64,000 nt of DNA from Nitrosopumilaceae archaeon (GCA_965214835.1 CBDCCK010000002.1:3136001-3200000); one strand, 5' to 3'; counted from the first letter of the stretch, positions 38,846-49,588 are shown. Translations and numbers: made by a program. Notes: generated from the letters alone by a model not told the origin.

Positions 38846-40041
38846 GCTTTTGTTCGCCTTTTCTTTTGTAATTTATTAGCTTCTGTTGTCTGGATTCCCC
38901 ACAGTTCCACGAATCCCTTGGCCAGCCTCTGGTCAAACGTGGAGTCCTTTCCATATGTTGCGGTCCTGTGGCTGTAAAGCGAGTTACTTGACTTTCTGCC
39001 TGCCACCCTCACTCCTCCCCCGAATAGCTTGAGCCTGACCCTGCCGGTGACCGTACTCTGGGCCCGCTCTATGAACCCGTCTAGATCCGCACGAAGCGGA
39101 TCCTCCCAGAGTCCCGAGTACACCAACCAGGCCCACTCGTCGTCGATGACGGGCTTTAGCTTGTTTTGGTGCTTGGTATGGACCATCTTCTCCAAGTCCG
39201 CATGTGCCTCAATCAGGCACGTGGCCGCAGGCGTCTCGTACACCTCGCGGGACTTTATCCCCACCACCCTGTCCTCGATATGATCAGCGATTCCAACTCC
39301 CGCATCTCCTGCCTTCCTGTTAAGATGCTCAATCAGCCTGACAGGCTCCAGTCTTTTTCCGTCGACGGCGACCGGAACCCCCTTTTGAAAGTCTATTTCT
39401 ATGTATGTAGGCCTGTCTGGAAGATTTTTTGTCCTTACCCAGATGAATGCGTCGTCTGGCGGCTCGTTGAGGGGATCCTCCAACACTCCCCCCTCTATTG
39501 CACGCCCCCAGAGGTTTTGGTCAATGCTGAATTTTTTTGCAACGCTATCAATCCTGATCCCGTGCCTGCCTGCAAACTCCAGCTCCGTAGTCCTGTCCAG
39601 ATTCAAATCCCGAATCGGCGCAATTATTGGCAGGCTGGAGCCGGACATCAGGGTCAGATCAAAGCGCACCTGGTCATTTCCCTTGCCGGAGCATCCGTGT
39701 GCCAGTGCCGTGGCCTTTTCCTTCTTTGCGACTTCAAGTACCTTGCTTGCGATTAGCGGCCGCGCAAGCGCCGTTGCCAGGCAGTATTTTTTCTGGTATA
39801 ATGCGTTTGCCTTGATTGACGGATGGATATATTCCCTGACAAACTCCTTTCGTGAGTCAATCGTATGGTGGCTTTTGACGCCAAGCCGCCTTGCCTTTTG
39901 CGCAATTGTCTTATAGTCGTCTTGCTGGCCCACATCCACCGTAACTGTGACCACGTCCATGTCATGGTTTTCCTGCAGGTACTTGACGACCACCGATGTA
40001 TCCAGTCCTCCGGAGAATGCCAGTACCGCTTTTTCAGTCAT
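38842..40041 (-). CDS. argG: Argininosuccinate synthase
   Basis: LAFSGGLDTS, AHGCSGKGNDQVRF, GIKSREVYE. Confidence 0.97.
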   Translation of the reverse strand: MTEKAVLAFSGGLDTSVVVKYLQENHDMDVVTVTVDVGQQDDYKTIAQKARRLGVKSHHTIDSRKEFVREYIHPSIKANALYQKKYCLATALARPLIASKVLEVAKKEKATALAHGCSGKGNDQVRFDLTLMSGSSLPIIAPIRDLNLDRTTELEFAGRHGIRIDSVAKKFSIDQNLWGRAIEGGVLEDPLNEPPDDAFIWVRTKNLPDRPTYIEIDFQKGVPVAVDGKRLEPVRLIEHLNRKAGDAGVGIADHIEDRVVGIKSREVYETPAATCLIEAHADLEKMVHTKHQNKLKPVIDDEWAWLVYSGLWEDPLRADLDGFIERAQSTVTGRVRLKLFGGGVRVAGRKSSNSLYSHRTATYGKDSTFDQRLAKGFVELWGIQTTEANKLQKKRRTKA

Positions 40042-40296
40042 GGAATAGTTGACCGACCGTAGATTCGAATTTATCTTTTGTGCTATCCGCGTTGAAGGTG
40101 CGTTGCCATTCCCTATGGCCGCTGTTTGGGGTTTGATGCGCAGGACTCCATGCGTGTGCAGTCATGAATGGATGAAGGTACGACCCCAGAGGCGGGATTC
40201 TGGCTGCACATTTTCAACTGCTGGGCAGGCCACGGATTTTTCATAGCTTGAGCTAAAATTCGATCATTATTTATCCGCCAAATATAACGCTGTTTT

Positions 40297-41316
40297 ATGA
40301 GCATACGATCAGTGGTTGTTGTGGGAATTGCAGGCATGGCCGTGCTCGGAGTGGCAGCATCCGTGCTCAGTGCAGACCCTGCGCAGCCCGGGGAGCGGAT
40401 CAGGGTTGCGTACTTTCCAAACGTGGGCCATGCCATACCGATAGTGGGCATAGAGGGGGGGATCTTTGAGGACTATTTGCCCGAGACGGAAATCCAGGCC
40501 AGAATCTTTGATAGCGGGCCGCAGGTAATCGAGGCCCTGTTTTCAGACTCTATCGATATTGCATATGTTGGCCCCGGGCCTGCAATCAACGGATACCTTA
40601 ATTCGGAGGATGGAAACATAAGGATTCTGTCTGGCGCTGCAAGTGGCGGGGCCAGCTTTGTAGTCCACCCCGACTCCTTTGAGGATGGTTTTGGTTTTGA
40701 CGGGAAAAGAATTGGCGCCCCCCAGATTGGAAACACCCAGGATGTCTCATTGCGCCATTATCTGGCAGAGAACAACCTAAGACCTGCAGAAATGGGCGGC
40801 TCCGTCATAGTTTACAACATACCCAATCCCGACATTTACACGCTGTTTGTCAAGGGGGATATTGATGGCGCTTGGGTGGCCGAGCCCTGGGCCACCATAC
40901 TGGAACATGATCTTGGCGGGATCCGGCTGTTCCATGAGGAGGAGCTTTGGCCGGACGGCAAATTTGCGTCTGTCCTGCTTGTCGCAAATACGGACTATGT
41001 GGAGAGGAATCCGGAGGTAATCCGACTGTGGCTAGAGGCACACGACTGGGCTGCCGGGCGGATTAACGCAGACAAAAAGGAAGCAGGCAGGATTTTCAAC
41101 AGCTTTTTGGTTGATTACCTGGGCCAGGGACTAGACGAGCAGATAGTCGACGTGTCCCTGTCCCACATCGAGATTACATCCGATCCCCTGGAGGACTCGG
41201 TTCATATTTTTGCACAGCGTGCCGACGGCCTGGGGTATCTGGGAAGAGGCAGCTACAATTTGTCTGGAGTTTTTTACAACACGGGCTCAAATCCTGATTC
41301 TGGAGGCAGTACCTGA
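40297..41316 (+). CDS. ABC substrate-binding protein (sulfonate/taurine/nitrate family)
   Basis: N-terminal anchor; AYFPNVGHA, AYVGPGPA, PQIGNTQD, WVAEPW. Confidence 0.9.
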   Translation: MSIRSVVVVGIAGMAVLGVAASVLSADPAQPGERIRVAYFPNVGHAIPIVGIEGGIFEDYLPETEIQARIFDSGPQVIEALFSDSIDIAYVGPGPAINGYLNSEDGNIRILSGAASGGASFVVHPDSFEDGFGFDGKRIGAPQIGNTQDVSLRHYLAENNLRPAEMGGSVIVYNIPNPDIYTLFVKGDIDGAWVAEPWATILEHDLGGIRLFHEEELWPDGKFASVLLVANTDYVERNPEVIRLWLEAHDWAAGRINADKKEAGRIFNSFLVDYLGQGLDEQIVDVSLSHIEITSDPLEDSVHIFAQRADGLGYLGRGSYNLSGVFYNTGSNPDSGGST

Positions 41317-42081
41317 TTGACCAAGCTGGAGGCCAAGGGCATCACAAAGTACTTTTCGCACGAGTCCCACAGGCTCAAGGCCCTGGGCGGCGTCAATCTG
41401 AAGGTAGAGTCAGGCGACTTTGTATGCCTGGTGGGCCCGTCCGGATGCGGCAAGTCCACCTTTTTGAGGATTGTAGCCGGACTGGAGAGTCCTGACGGTG
41501 GACAGATTCTGTTTGATGGCAGGCCCGTTACCACCACGGGTCCCGAGCGGATCATGGTGTTTCAGGAGGGCGCGCTGTTTCCGTGGCTCAAGGTCCAGGA
41601 TAACGTGGAGTTTGGGCTAAAGATGGCAGGAATTCCCAGAAGAGAGCGTGCCAAGATATCCAACCGGTATCTGGACATGATGCAGCTTGCAAAATTCGCA
41701 GACTCGTACACCTACCAGCTATCTACAGGAATGAAGCAGCGTGTTGCAATAGCCCGTGCCCTCGTCATGGATCCCGATGTGCTGCTGATGGACGAGCCGT
41801 TTGCCTCACTTGACGTGCAGACAAGGGACCTGTTGCTGGTCGAAATGCAGCTGATCTGGGAGAAGACAAAGAAGACAATCCTGTTTGTAACGCACAACGT
41901 TGCCGAGGCTGCAGTATTGGGAACCAAGGTTGCAATATTTAGCAACAGGCCATCTGTCATCAAAAAGGAGGTAGACAATAACTTTCCCAGGCCCAGGGTC
42001 TCCGAGGACGAATCCCTTCTGAGATTCCAGCATGACATCCTCGCTGAGCTGCGTCCGGAGGTTAAAAAAAGCAGGGAGTGA
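41317..42081 (+). CDS. ABC ATPase (TauB/SsuB-like)
   Basis: GPSGCGKST, LSTGMKQR, LLMDEPF. Confidence 0.95.
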   Translation: MTKLEAKGITKYFSHESHRLKALGGVNLKVESGDFVCLVGPSGCGKSTFLRIVAGLESPDGGQILFDGRPVTTTGPERIMVFQEGALFPWLKVQDNVEFGLKMAGIPRRERAKISNRYLDMMQLAKFADSYTYQLSTGMKQRVAIARALVMDPDVLLMDEPFASLDVQTRDLLLVEMQLIWEKTKKTILFVTHNVAEAAVLGTKVAIFSNRPSVIKKEVDNNFPRPRVSEDESLLRFQHDILAELRPEVKKSRE

Positions 42082-42088
42082 GGCATGG

Positions 42089-42847
42089 TTGAGAAAAAAC
42101 TTTACGTACCACAGGATTGCGTTTTACATCGGGATGATTGCCGTCTGGCAGGCAGTTGCCATGGCAGGAATCTGGCCATCAAATGTCTTTCCGTCCCCCT
42201 ACGAGGTTGCAGAGGACTTGGCGTACAGTGCGGCAGACGGAAGCCTGTTCTACGGAATTGCCACGAGCATGTGGAGGCTCCTAGTAGGCCTTGCAATTGC
42301 AATAGGCGGGGGCATAATTTTAGGCGTGTTTATGGCCAGAGTCGAGGTCGTAAACCAGACTGTGGGATCGCTGGTCTTGGGACTGCAGTCTGTTCCATCA
42401 ATTGCATGGGTACCGCTGGCAATTCTTTGGTACGGGCTGTCTGATGCGGGGATTATCTTTGTTGTCGCCATTGGCGCGATATTTGCAGTGACAATCAACA
42501 CATACACGGGAGTCAAAAACATCGATCCGCACTTTATTGAGGCCGCACGAAACATGGGGGCCAAGGGCGGACAGCTAATCACCAGCGTGCTGCTGCCTGC
42601 CGCATTTCCCTACATGATCTCCGGATTCAAGCAGGGCTGGGCGTTTGCATGGCGGGGCGTGATTGGCGCAGAATTGCTGTTTGCATTTTTGGGACTGGGG
42701 CACTTGCTTTATGCAGCGCGCTCACTGACTGATGTCTCCCAAGTCATTGCAATAATGCTTGTGATCATGGTAATTGGCCTGCTGGTAGATGGTGTGGTCT
42801 TCAAGAGACTGGAGGATAAGGTAATGTCTAGGTGGGGACTGCGATAG
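42089..42847 (+). CDS. ABC permease (TauC/SsuC-like)
   Basis: PSIAWVPL, EAARNMGA, GAELL; probable TTG start. Confidence 0.93.
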   Translation: MRKNFTYHRIAFYIGMIAVWQAVAMAGIWPSNVFPSPYEVAEDLAYSAADGSLFYGIATSMWRLLVGLAIAIGGGIILGVFMARVEVVNQTVGSLVLGLQSVPSIAWVPLAILWYGLSDAGIIFVVAIGAIFAVTINTYTGVKNIDPHFIEAARNMGAKGGQLITSVLLPAAFPYMISGFKQGWAFAWRGVIGAELLFAFLGLGHLLYAARSLTDVSQVIAIMLVIMVIGLLVDGVVFKRLEDKVMSRWGLR

Positions 42848-42999
42848 TCGCACTGTCTTGGGGATAGTGAAGGCGGACATCTCCCGGAGCTCATGCAGGC
42901 AGGCAAAGACAATTCCGAGAACTGATCGAATGCACAGTACCCGCATAGCCTGACGTCTTCTTTTTCCATACTCATAAAAGACAGTCAGTTTTATCCCTC

Positions 43000-43962
43000 A
43001 TGGTGGAAAAAGAGCCGTTCCTGGATGCCATAAAGCGCAGAGTCATGCTGTTTGACGGTGCAATGGGTACCGAGATTCAAAAAAATGATCCAAGGCCAGA
43101 AGACTTTCCTGACGGCAGGGACGGCTTTAACGACGGCCTAGTATTGACCCGTCCAGAATGGATAAAACAGATTCATAGAAGCTATCTTGACGCAGGGGCT
43201 GACTGCATAGAGACCAATTCCTTTGGCTCCAACAAAATAAAGCTAGATGAATATGGGTTCGGAGATCAGACCATTGAGTTTAACAAAAAGGTGGCGGCGC
43301 TTGCAGTGAAAGTCTGCTCCGAATACCCCGGCAGGCCCAGATATGTCATCGGTTCCATGGGGCCTTCGGGATACCTGCCAAGCTCCAATGATCCTGACCT
43401 GGGACAAATGCCGCTAGATGAAATTCGCAAGGCCTTTGAGCTACAGGCCGGGGGCCTGATTCTAGGGGGGGTCGATGCGCTGCTGATCGAGACCAGCCAG
43501 GATATCTTGGAGGTCAAGCTTGTAATTGAGGCATGCCACAATGCAATGAGCAAGGCCGGCAAGAAGGTTCCGATCATTGCAAATGCCACGCTGGATCAAT
43601 ACGGAAAGATGCTCCTTGGCACAAACATCCAGGCCGCATACACCACCGTATCTGACATGGGAATTGACGTCTTTGGCCTCAACTGCTCGACTGGGCCAGA
43701 TGAGATGGCTCCCAGCATAAGATGGCTTGACGAGCAAAGGGGGCACGATCTCCTGGTGGTTCCCAATGCAGGCATGCCCGAGAACGAGGGAGGCCAAGCA
43801 GTATACAAGATGCGGCCTGCAGACATGGCAAGGTCCCTAGGCGACCTGCTGGGCAGCTATAACAAGATCAGAATCATCGGCGGATGCTGTGGAACAAACC
43901 CAGAGCATATTCGCGCACTGAGAAGGGTAATTGACGAAAAGGCAGGCCCTGCCAAGGGTTAA
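43000..43962 (+). CDS. metH: Methionine synthase, homocysteine-binding module (split MetH)
   Basis: DGAMGTEIQ, GLNCSTGP, PNAGMP, IGGCCGT. Confidence 0.93.
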   Translation: MVEKEPFLDAIKRRVMLFDGAMGTEIQKNDPRPEDFPDGRDGFNDGLVLTRPEWIKQIHRSYLDAGADCIETNSFGSNKIKLDEYGFGDQTIEFNKKVAALAVKVCSEYPGRPRYVIGSMGPSGYLPSSNDPDLGQMPLDEIRKAFELQAGGLILGGVDALLIETSQDILEVKLVIEACHNAMSKAGKKVPIIANATLDQYGKMLLGTNIQAAYTTVSDMGIDVFGLNCSTGPDEMAPSIRWLDEQRGHDLLVVPNAGMPENEGGQAVYKMRPADMARSLGDLLGSYNKIRIIGGCCGTNPEHIRALRRVIDEKAGPAKG

Positions 43963-43994
43963 GTATTTAGAAAAATCCCGGCAAAACTAGGTAA

Positions 43995-46490
43995 TTGACA
44001 GTTCCCAGAGTAAGCTCCGCATTAAAGGCCGTAGACCTAAAACAGGAGCCCGCGCCGCTGATAATCGGCGAGAGGATAAACACGCAGGGCTCCCGCAAGG
44101 CAAAGGATCTTGTCCTAAATGACGACTTTGACGGACTGATCGACTTGGCCCGTGATCAGGTAGACGGCGGGGCGCACTGCCTTGATGTCTGTGTGGCCAC
44201 GACTGAGCGCGCAGATGAAAAAGAGTTCATGGTACGCCTTGTCAAGCGACTCAGCCTAGAGATTGATGCCCCGCTGGTTATCGACTCTACTGATCCGGAC
44301 GTCATCGAGGCCGCAGTCCGGCAGATTCCTGGACGGCCAATCATCAATTCCATCAACCTGGAGGGCGACGGAAGCCGCTTTGCAAGTCTTGCGCCAATCA
44401 TGGCAAGGTACGGGGTTCCCGCAGTGGCACTGTGCATCGGTCCCAAAGGAATGGCCAAAACCCCTGATGAAAAGCTGGAGACTGCAAGACTGCTCTATGA
44501 GGCCGGAAGGGAATACGGCCTAAGGCCCGAACAGTTCGTCTTTGATGTCCTGACATTTACCCTGGCAACGGGGGAAAAGGAGTTTCTAAACGCAGGAATC
44601 AGCACCCTTGAGGGAATCAAGATGGTCAAGGAGGCGTTTCCGACATCCTATACCGTGCTAGGGCTAAGCAACATCAGCTTCGGCCTAGTCCCGTATGCCA
44701 GAAGGGTTCTAAACTCTGTATTTCTGTACCACGCAGTAAGGCACGGGCTGGACTCGGCCATCGTAAACTCCAAGGAGATTGTCCCGTACGGTGAGATCGG
44801 TGAGAGGGAGCGCAAGCTGGCCGAGGATCTCATCTTCAACGCCGGCCCCGACGCACTATCAGACCTTATCTCCCACTTTGAAAAGATATCCCCCAATGCG
44901 CATGACTCTGCCAAAAGGGTCGAGGTGAACCCCGGCTGGCCTGCGGGAAGGCGCGCCAACTTCAGAATCGTAAACCGCCTAAAGGACGGAATTGAAAACG
45001 ACGTGGTGACCGCAATCGCAGAGAAGATATCAAAGACGGATTCCCTGTCCGGCGGGGAGTCCCTCTCACTGAACGAGCCAAAGGAGGCCACGCATGAGGG
45101 GGCCATTGCCACCCTGAACGAGGACCTGCTGCCTGCCATGAAGGAGGTCGGCGACAAGTTTGGCGCAGGGGAGCTGATCCTGCCCTTTGTCCTCAAGTCC
45201 GCCGAATGCATGAAGGCCGCAGTTGCCGAGCTTGAAAGGTACCTGCTAAAGGAGGAGGGCTCCACCAAGGGAAGGCTGGTTCTGGGAACAGTGTATGGAG
45301 ACGTCCACGACATTGGCAAAAACCTAGTCAAGACAATCTTTGAGAATAACGGCTATTCCGTGTATGATCTAGGAAAGCAGGTTCCGATGCAGGAGTTCCT
45401 GGACAAGATAGACGAGGTGGACGCCGACGCAGTAGGGCTGTCCGCGCTGCTGGTATCCACGTCAAAGCAGATGCGGTTCTTCGTAGAACACGCAAGGAAA
45501 AGCAGCATGGAAATTCCGATTCTTTGTGGCGGTGCTGCGATTAACACAAACTACATCAACAGAATTGCAAAGGAGGGCGGAATCTACGAGCCCGGCGTGT
45601 TTTACTGCAATACGATGTTTGACGGCCTCAAGACGATGGACAGGCTGGTATCTGGTGAAAGACGCGAGCTGTTAAAGGCCTGGAGGGAAAGACTGGAGAG
45701 CTGGAAGGACACCCCTGCCCCAAGGGGCCCTGACTCGGAGATCCCAAGAAGCGCAGTCGTGCCCGTCGATGCGCCCGTTCCGCCAAGAGTAGGCATTCCA
45801 GTACGGCTGGGTGCATCGGAGATAGATGCCGACGCAGTCTGGGGCATGATTGACAAAAAGTCCCTGTTCAAGCTATCCTGGGGACTGCGGGGCAAGGCAG
45901 GACGGGAGCAGGAGGAGGAGCACGAGAGGCTGTTTGCAGAGTGGAAGAAACGGGTGGTGGCAGAAGACCTGTTTGAGCCCTCCGCGGTATACGGATACTT
46001 TAACTGCCATGCGGAAAAAAACAGGCTAATAGTGGATCATCCCGCCGGGGGATCTCTTACGTTTGACTTTCCACGCTCTGCGAGGCCAAAGCACCTCTGT
46101 CTTTCAGACTACTTTGGACGCGATGACATTGTGGCGTTTCAGGCAGTCACCGTCGGCAGCAGGACGGCTGACATCATAGAGCGGTGGAACAGGGAGGACA
46201 GGTACACCGATGCGTACTATTTGCACGGCCTGGCAGTGGAGTTTGCAGAGGCAATGGCAGCATGGATCAATCAAAGAATCAAAGACGAGATAAAGATCTC
46301 TGGCGGGGGGCTACGTTACAGCTGGGGCTATCCGAGCTGTCCGGACGTCATGCAGCACAGGCTTGTCTGGAAGCTGCTTTCCCCGGAGGAATCCGGCATG
46401 ACTCTGACCGAATCAGGACAGATCGTGCCGGAGCAGTCGACTGCGGCCATAGTGGTTCACCACCCTGATGCCGAGTACTTTATGCTCTAG
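43995..46490 (+). CDS. metH: Methionine synthase, pterin/cobalamin/reactivation modules (split MetH)
   Basis: IIGERIN, GDVHDIGKNLV, RYSWGYPSCP. Confidence 0.93.
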   Translation: MTVPRVSSALKAVDLKQEPAPLIIGERINTQGSRKAKDLVLNDDFDGLIDLARDQVDGGAHCLDVCVATTERADEKEFMVRLVKRLSLEIDAPLVIDSTDPDVIEAAVRQIPGRPIINSINLEGDGSRFASLAPIMARYGVPAVALCIGPKGMAKTPDEKLETARLLYEAGREYGLRPEQFVFDVLTFTLATGEKEFLNAGISTLEGIKMVKEAFPTSYTVLGLSNISFGLVPYARRVLNSVFLYHAVRHGLDSAIVNSKEIVPYGEIGERERKLAEDLIFNAGPDALSDLISHFEKISPNAHDSAKRVEVNPGWPAGRRANFRIVNRLKDGIENDVVTAIAEKISKTDSLSGGESLSLNEPKEATHEGAIATLNEDLLPAMKEVGDKFGAGELILPFVLKSAECMKAAVAELERYLLKEEGSTKGRLVLGTVYGDVHDIGKNLVKTIFENNGYSVYDLGKQVPMQEFLDKIDEVDADAVGLSALLVSTSKQMRFFVEHARKSSMEIPILCGGAAINTNYINRIAKEGGIYEPGVFYCNTMFDGLKTMDRLVSGERRELLKAWRERLESWKDTPAPRGPDSEIPRSAVVPVDAPVPPRVGIPVRLGASEIDADAVWGMIDKKSLFKLSWGLRGKAGREQEEEHERLFAEWKKRVVAEDLFEPSAVYGYFNCHAEKNRLIVDHPAGGSLTFDFPRSARPKHLCLSDYFGRDDIVAFQAVTVGSRTADIIERWNREDRYTDAYYLHGLAVEFAEAMAAWINQRIKDEIKISGGGLRYSWGYPSCPDVMQHRLVWKLLSPEESGMTLTESGQIVPEQSTAAIVVHHPDAEYFML

Positions 46491-46504
46491 CTCCAAAACA
46501 GGGG

Positions 46505-47239
46505 TCAGATCCCGTTTTCTAGGAACTCCCTTAGCGAGGCAAAGTCGTTTGGCGACGTAATCAGCACGTCCCCTGCAATGCCGTGAATCTGCCTTACAAA
46601 GTCCACAAAGTTCTCCCGGTATGACCCCAAGTCCAGGCTCAGGAACTCGGCTGACCTTTCGTTTTTTATCGATGGGTGCAAGATGATCGGGATTACTGAG
46701 AATCCCTCCAAGTTCGCAACCAGATCCCTTACCTGTCCGGCCGACTGGATCACCTGGGTCATGAATCCCTTTGGATTTGCCTCTTTTTTCCTCTCGATTT
46801 TGCCATAGTCTGGCTTGTTTGAAATCGACAGATACAAGTCAATCTCCGAGCCAAACCCCTCTTCGTGCAGTCTTTTTGCAACCCGGCTTGGAACCTGGCC
46901 CGAGTCCGGACCTCCGCCCTCCGACGGATCCCCCATCAGTATGAGGATCCCGGAAAATCCAATCTCGATGCACTCGCTGACGTACTTTCGGATTTGCTCC
47001 TCCGTCCTTTCCCTGACCCTGAGGCTTGCCGTAAGTGAGATGTCTGGAATCTCGTTTTTGATGACTCTTCCCACCTCTATTGGCGAGACTCTTTGGGATC
47101 CCAGCACGTTTTCAGTCAGGTGAATCGCATCACAGCAGCCAGTGATTGATTTTATCCTTTCAACAAACTTTGATGTGGATTCCTGCAAGTCTGCCCCCGG
47201 CAGAATCTTCGGGGGGTTTGCCTCGTATCTAACCGTCAT
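46505..47239 (-). CDS. Methylenetetrahydrofolate reductase-like protein
   Basis: YEANPPK, ILMGDP, FMTQ; converges on metH. Confidence 0.75.
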   Translation of the reverse strand: MTVRYEANPPKILPGADLQESTSKFVERIKSITGCCDAIHLTENVLGSQRVSPIEVGRVIKNEIPDISLTASLRVRERTEEQIRKYVSECIEIGFSGILILMGDPSEGGGPDSGQVPSRVAKRLHEEGFGSEIDLYLSISNKPDYGKIERKKEANPKGFMTQVIQSAGQVRDLVANLEGFSVIPIILHPSIKNERSAEFLSLDLGSYRENFVDFVRQIHGIAGDVLITSPNDFASLREFLENGI

Positions 47240-47277
47240 AATGTTATCTAAAAACCCTCAGTTAAAACGTATGAGGT

Positions 47278-47369
47278 GTACGAGGTCACCTACCCCCGCC
47301 AGTCAGGCACGAATTAGCATGAATGATTGTGATCTTCACGCCTAGCTAGCAAGGGACGTGACCACATAC
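47278..47369. mobile_element. Family-E MITE with 8-bp TSD tatgaggt
   Basis: gtacgaggtcac ... gtgaccacatac; right TSD restored after removing the family-B copy. Confidence 0.88.
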
Positions 47370-47373
47370 TATG

Positions 47374-47503
47374 GGGGTTGTCGCCTAATTCACCTGTCTG
47401 GCCCAATCTGCGCGTTTTTCTGAACTTCCGTCCCTCCTGCACGCCTAGATCCAGATGGCGTCGCATGGTTTTCAGAAATTCTGATGAATTAGGCGACAAC
47501 CCC
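47374..47503. mobile_element. MITE family B with 9-bp TSD catactatg
   Basis: ggggttgtcgcctaattca / tgaattaggcgacaacccc; TSD 47365-47373 and 47504-47512. Confidence 0.92.
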
Positions 47504-47519
47504 CATACTATGAGGTCAC

Positions 47520-47888
47520 CTTCCCGTAAGGTTTACCTCCAGAAACAGTCTTGCCAATCTGTTCCGGCGTGACCTCGGCGATCATCTGCTGCGCCCTTTC
47601 CCTCTGCTCCATGAGGGGATCTGCTGCCTCGCTCTGATCCAGGTGCTCCTCGGAGCGGCCAAATGACTGGCGCATCTCGGCCACCGGTACCTCAGGCAGC
47701 ACACCCTTGGTGGTGTACCGGGCCTCCATGCTTCCCTTGCGTCCCATGAAGAACACCCTAAAGTCGTGTGCCATCTTGCCCTTGGCCTCTGCTATGAGCA
47801 GCTGCGTGTAAGTACGCGCGCAGCACGTACGGCCTCCAGAGAGGTGATCCGAAATCAGAAGCCGTGCGAATCTTTCAAGTGATTTCAC
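47520..47888 (-). pseudogene. C-terminal remnant of a tyrosine integrase
   Basis: RTYTQLLIAEAKGKMAHDFRVFFMGRKGSMEARY: box II MG(H>R)...Y. Confidence 0.7.
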
Positions 47889-47981
47889 GTACGAGGTTAC
47901 GTCCACCTGCTGGCTAGGCATGGAAATCATAACTGTACATGCCAATTCGTGCCTGATTGGTGGGAGCAGGTGACCACATAC
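47889..47981. mobile_element. Family-E MITE
   Basis: gtacgaggttac ... gtgaccacatac; body matches 15238 copy. Confidence 0.85.
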
Positions 47982-48193
47982 CTTGCATCTTAGGTATGCT
48001 GTCTAGTCCCTGCTATATACTGACTTGTGATCGCCTACATAGAGGAAGGCGTTTTTAACCCGTGTTCAGAAGTGTCACACAAAACGGCACCAAATCCGAA
48101 ACGACTCAAATCAACTCGCCTGCAGGTTCGCATGTCGCCGCCACGAGGCGAGTATGCCTAAGAAGACTAAGAAAAAGAGGAAAGAAAATAGGA

Positions 48194-49567
48194 CTAGATT
48201 CCTAGTTTTGCTGCGATTTCGGCTGCACGTTCGTCGGTGTATAATCCGTGTAAGTTGATCATTGGATGATCAATGCTGTTTTTGCCCATTGGTGGGATTG
48301 CATCACTCGGGTTGCCTAGTACGTATGCATAGGACGGAACCGCCTCTTGGATAGCTCCCTTCTCTAGCAATCCTGGGTTTAATCCGAATGGATCGCCTAC
48401 AACTATGATTGATGCCCCGCCTGAGAATATTGCGGCATAGTCGTGGTTAAGCGGGACATAGATTCCAGGATGATCAAAGATGACATCTGCAATCATGTTT
48501 TGTGAGCCGCCCAACAACCATGTTTCGGTACCTTGTGCCTGAACTCTGTTGCCCTGTACAACCCTGTCGATGATCTCACCAACAATGTGCCAAAAGACCG
48601 GCTCGTTTCCTTGGTTTTGAACAAAGAATCTTACATGCTGGCCCTCTTCAACGAACAGTAGCTGTGACTGATATTGTTTCAAGTCCGCACTATCCCAAGG
48701 CTGTGCAATGAAGATGTTCTTGTCTGCATCGCCGTTAACGAGTTCGTCATGGGTATCGTTTGGCGTGTAGCCAAATGCCATACCGTTGACAACTGTCTGC
48801 GATGTCTGGTGTGCCATCATGGCATCCTTGTCATAAGAGCCATCCTCTGTCAAATACAACTGGGTGTATTGAAGTTGGAACTCTAATGCGTCTGCACTGT
48901 GGAATTGCCTGTCTAGGACAACCTCACCGTTTTCAACGGCAGTACCGTATGACATTACCTTTTTGTAGCCGTCAATCGGGTCTACAATCGCAATGCCGTA
49001 CATTCCTTGGAGAACGTGTCTGTCCATATCAGCCACATCGACACCGGAGCAGTGGTATTTGAAAACACCAGGTACCTCGGCGATGTAACAGTATGATTCA
49101 GATTCTCCCGGATATACTGCGCCGAAGTTCTGTCCAGATATTTGAGATGCATGCATGTCGTTACCGTGTGGAAGTAGTTCACCTTCCGGAACGGTAAGTG
49201 TCATCTTGACAACATCACCCTGCGTGACTCTAAGTGTCGGTCCTGGGACCTGTCCGCTAAAGGTCATGGCGTTGTATGTCTCACCTGTCATTGTAGGTAA
49301 TTGAACACTCTCGCCGGTAACGTCGAATTCTACTACATTACGGCCGGTGGTATCAATCATGGCACAGTCGGTATCTGCAAATGCTTGTGGCATAACAAGT
49401 TCTAAGCCGCCCATGTTGTGGATTTTGGTCACCGCGTCTGCGTCCATTTTGGACACGTCCAATGATGAGCCTCCAACCTGGGAGTGTGTGTATGTGCTTC
49501 CGAATAGCGTAGCTGCCATTACTGCTACAGCTGCAACAGTAAACATCATGCTGTAACGCTTATTCAT
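48194..49567 (-). CDS. nirK: Copper-containing nitrite reductase (thaumarchaeal type)
   Basis: Signal peptide; GQVPGPTLRVTQGD, HGNDMH, KYHCSG...HVLQGMYG, FWHIVGE. Confidence 0.9.
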   Translation of the reverse strand: MNKRYSMMFTVAAVAVMAATLFGSTYTHSQVGGSSLDVSKMDADAVTKIHNMGGLELVMPQAFADTDCAMIDTTGRNVVEFDVTGESVQLPTMTGETYNAMTFSGQVPGPTLRVTQGDVVKMTLTVPEGELLPHGNDMHASQISGQNFGAVYPGESESYCYIAEVPGVFKYHCSGVDVADMDRHVLQGMYGIAIVDPIDGYKKVMSYGTAVENGEVVLDRQFHSADALEFQLQYTQLYLTEDGSYDKDAMMAHQTSQTVVNGMAFGYTPNDTHDELVNGDADKNIFIAQPWDSADLKQYQSQLLFVEEGQHVRFFVQNQGNEPVFWHIVGEIIDRVVQGNRVQAQGTETWLLGGSQNMIADVIFDHPGIYVPLNHDYAAIFSGGASIIVVGDPFGLNPGLLEKGAIQEAVPSYAYVLGNPSDAIPPMGKNSIDHPMINLHGLYTDERAAEIAAKLGI

Positions 49568-49588
49568 TGATCCGAGGTTTGTACCAGC

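Noticed and set aside
42709-42975. Cys-rich ORF (CGYC...)
   Set aside because: About half overlaps the permease antisense; cannot be supported without conservation data
43000-46490. Split metH as a pseudogene or novelty
   Set aside because: Break is at a domain boundary, both halves are intact, and split MetH is known
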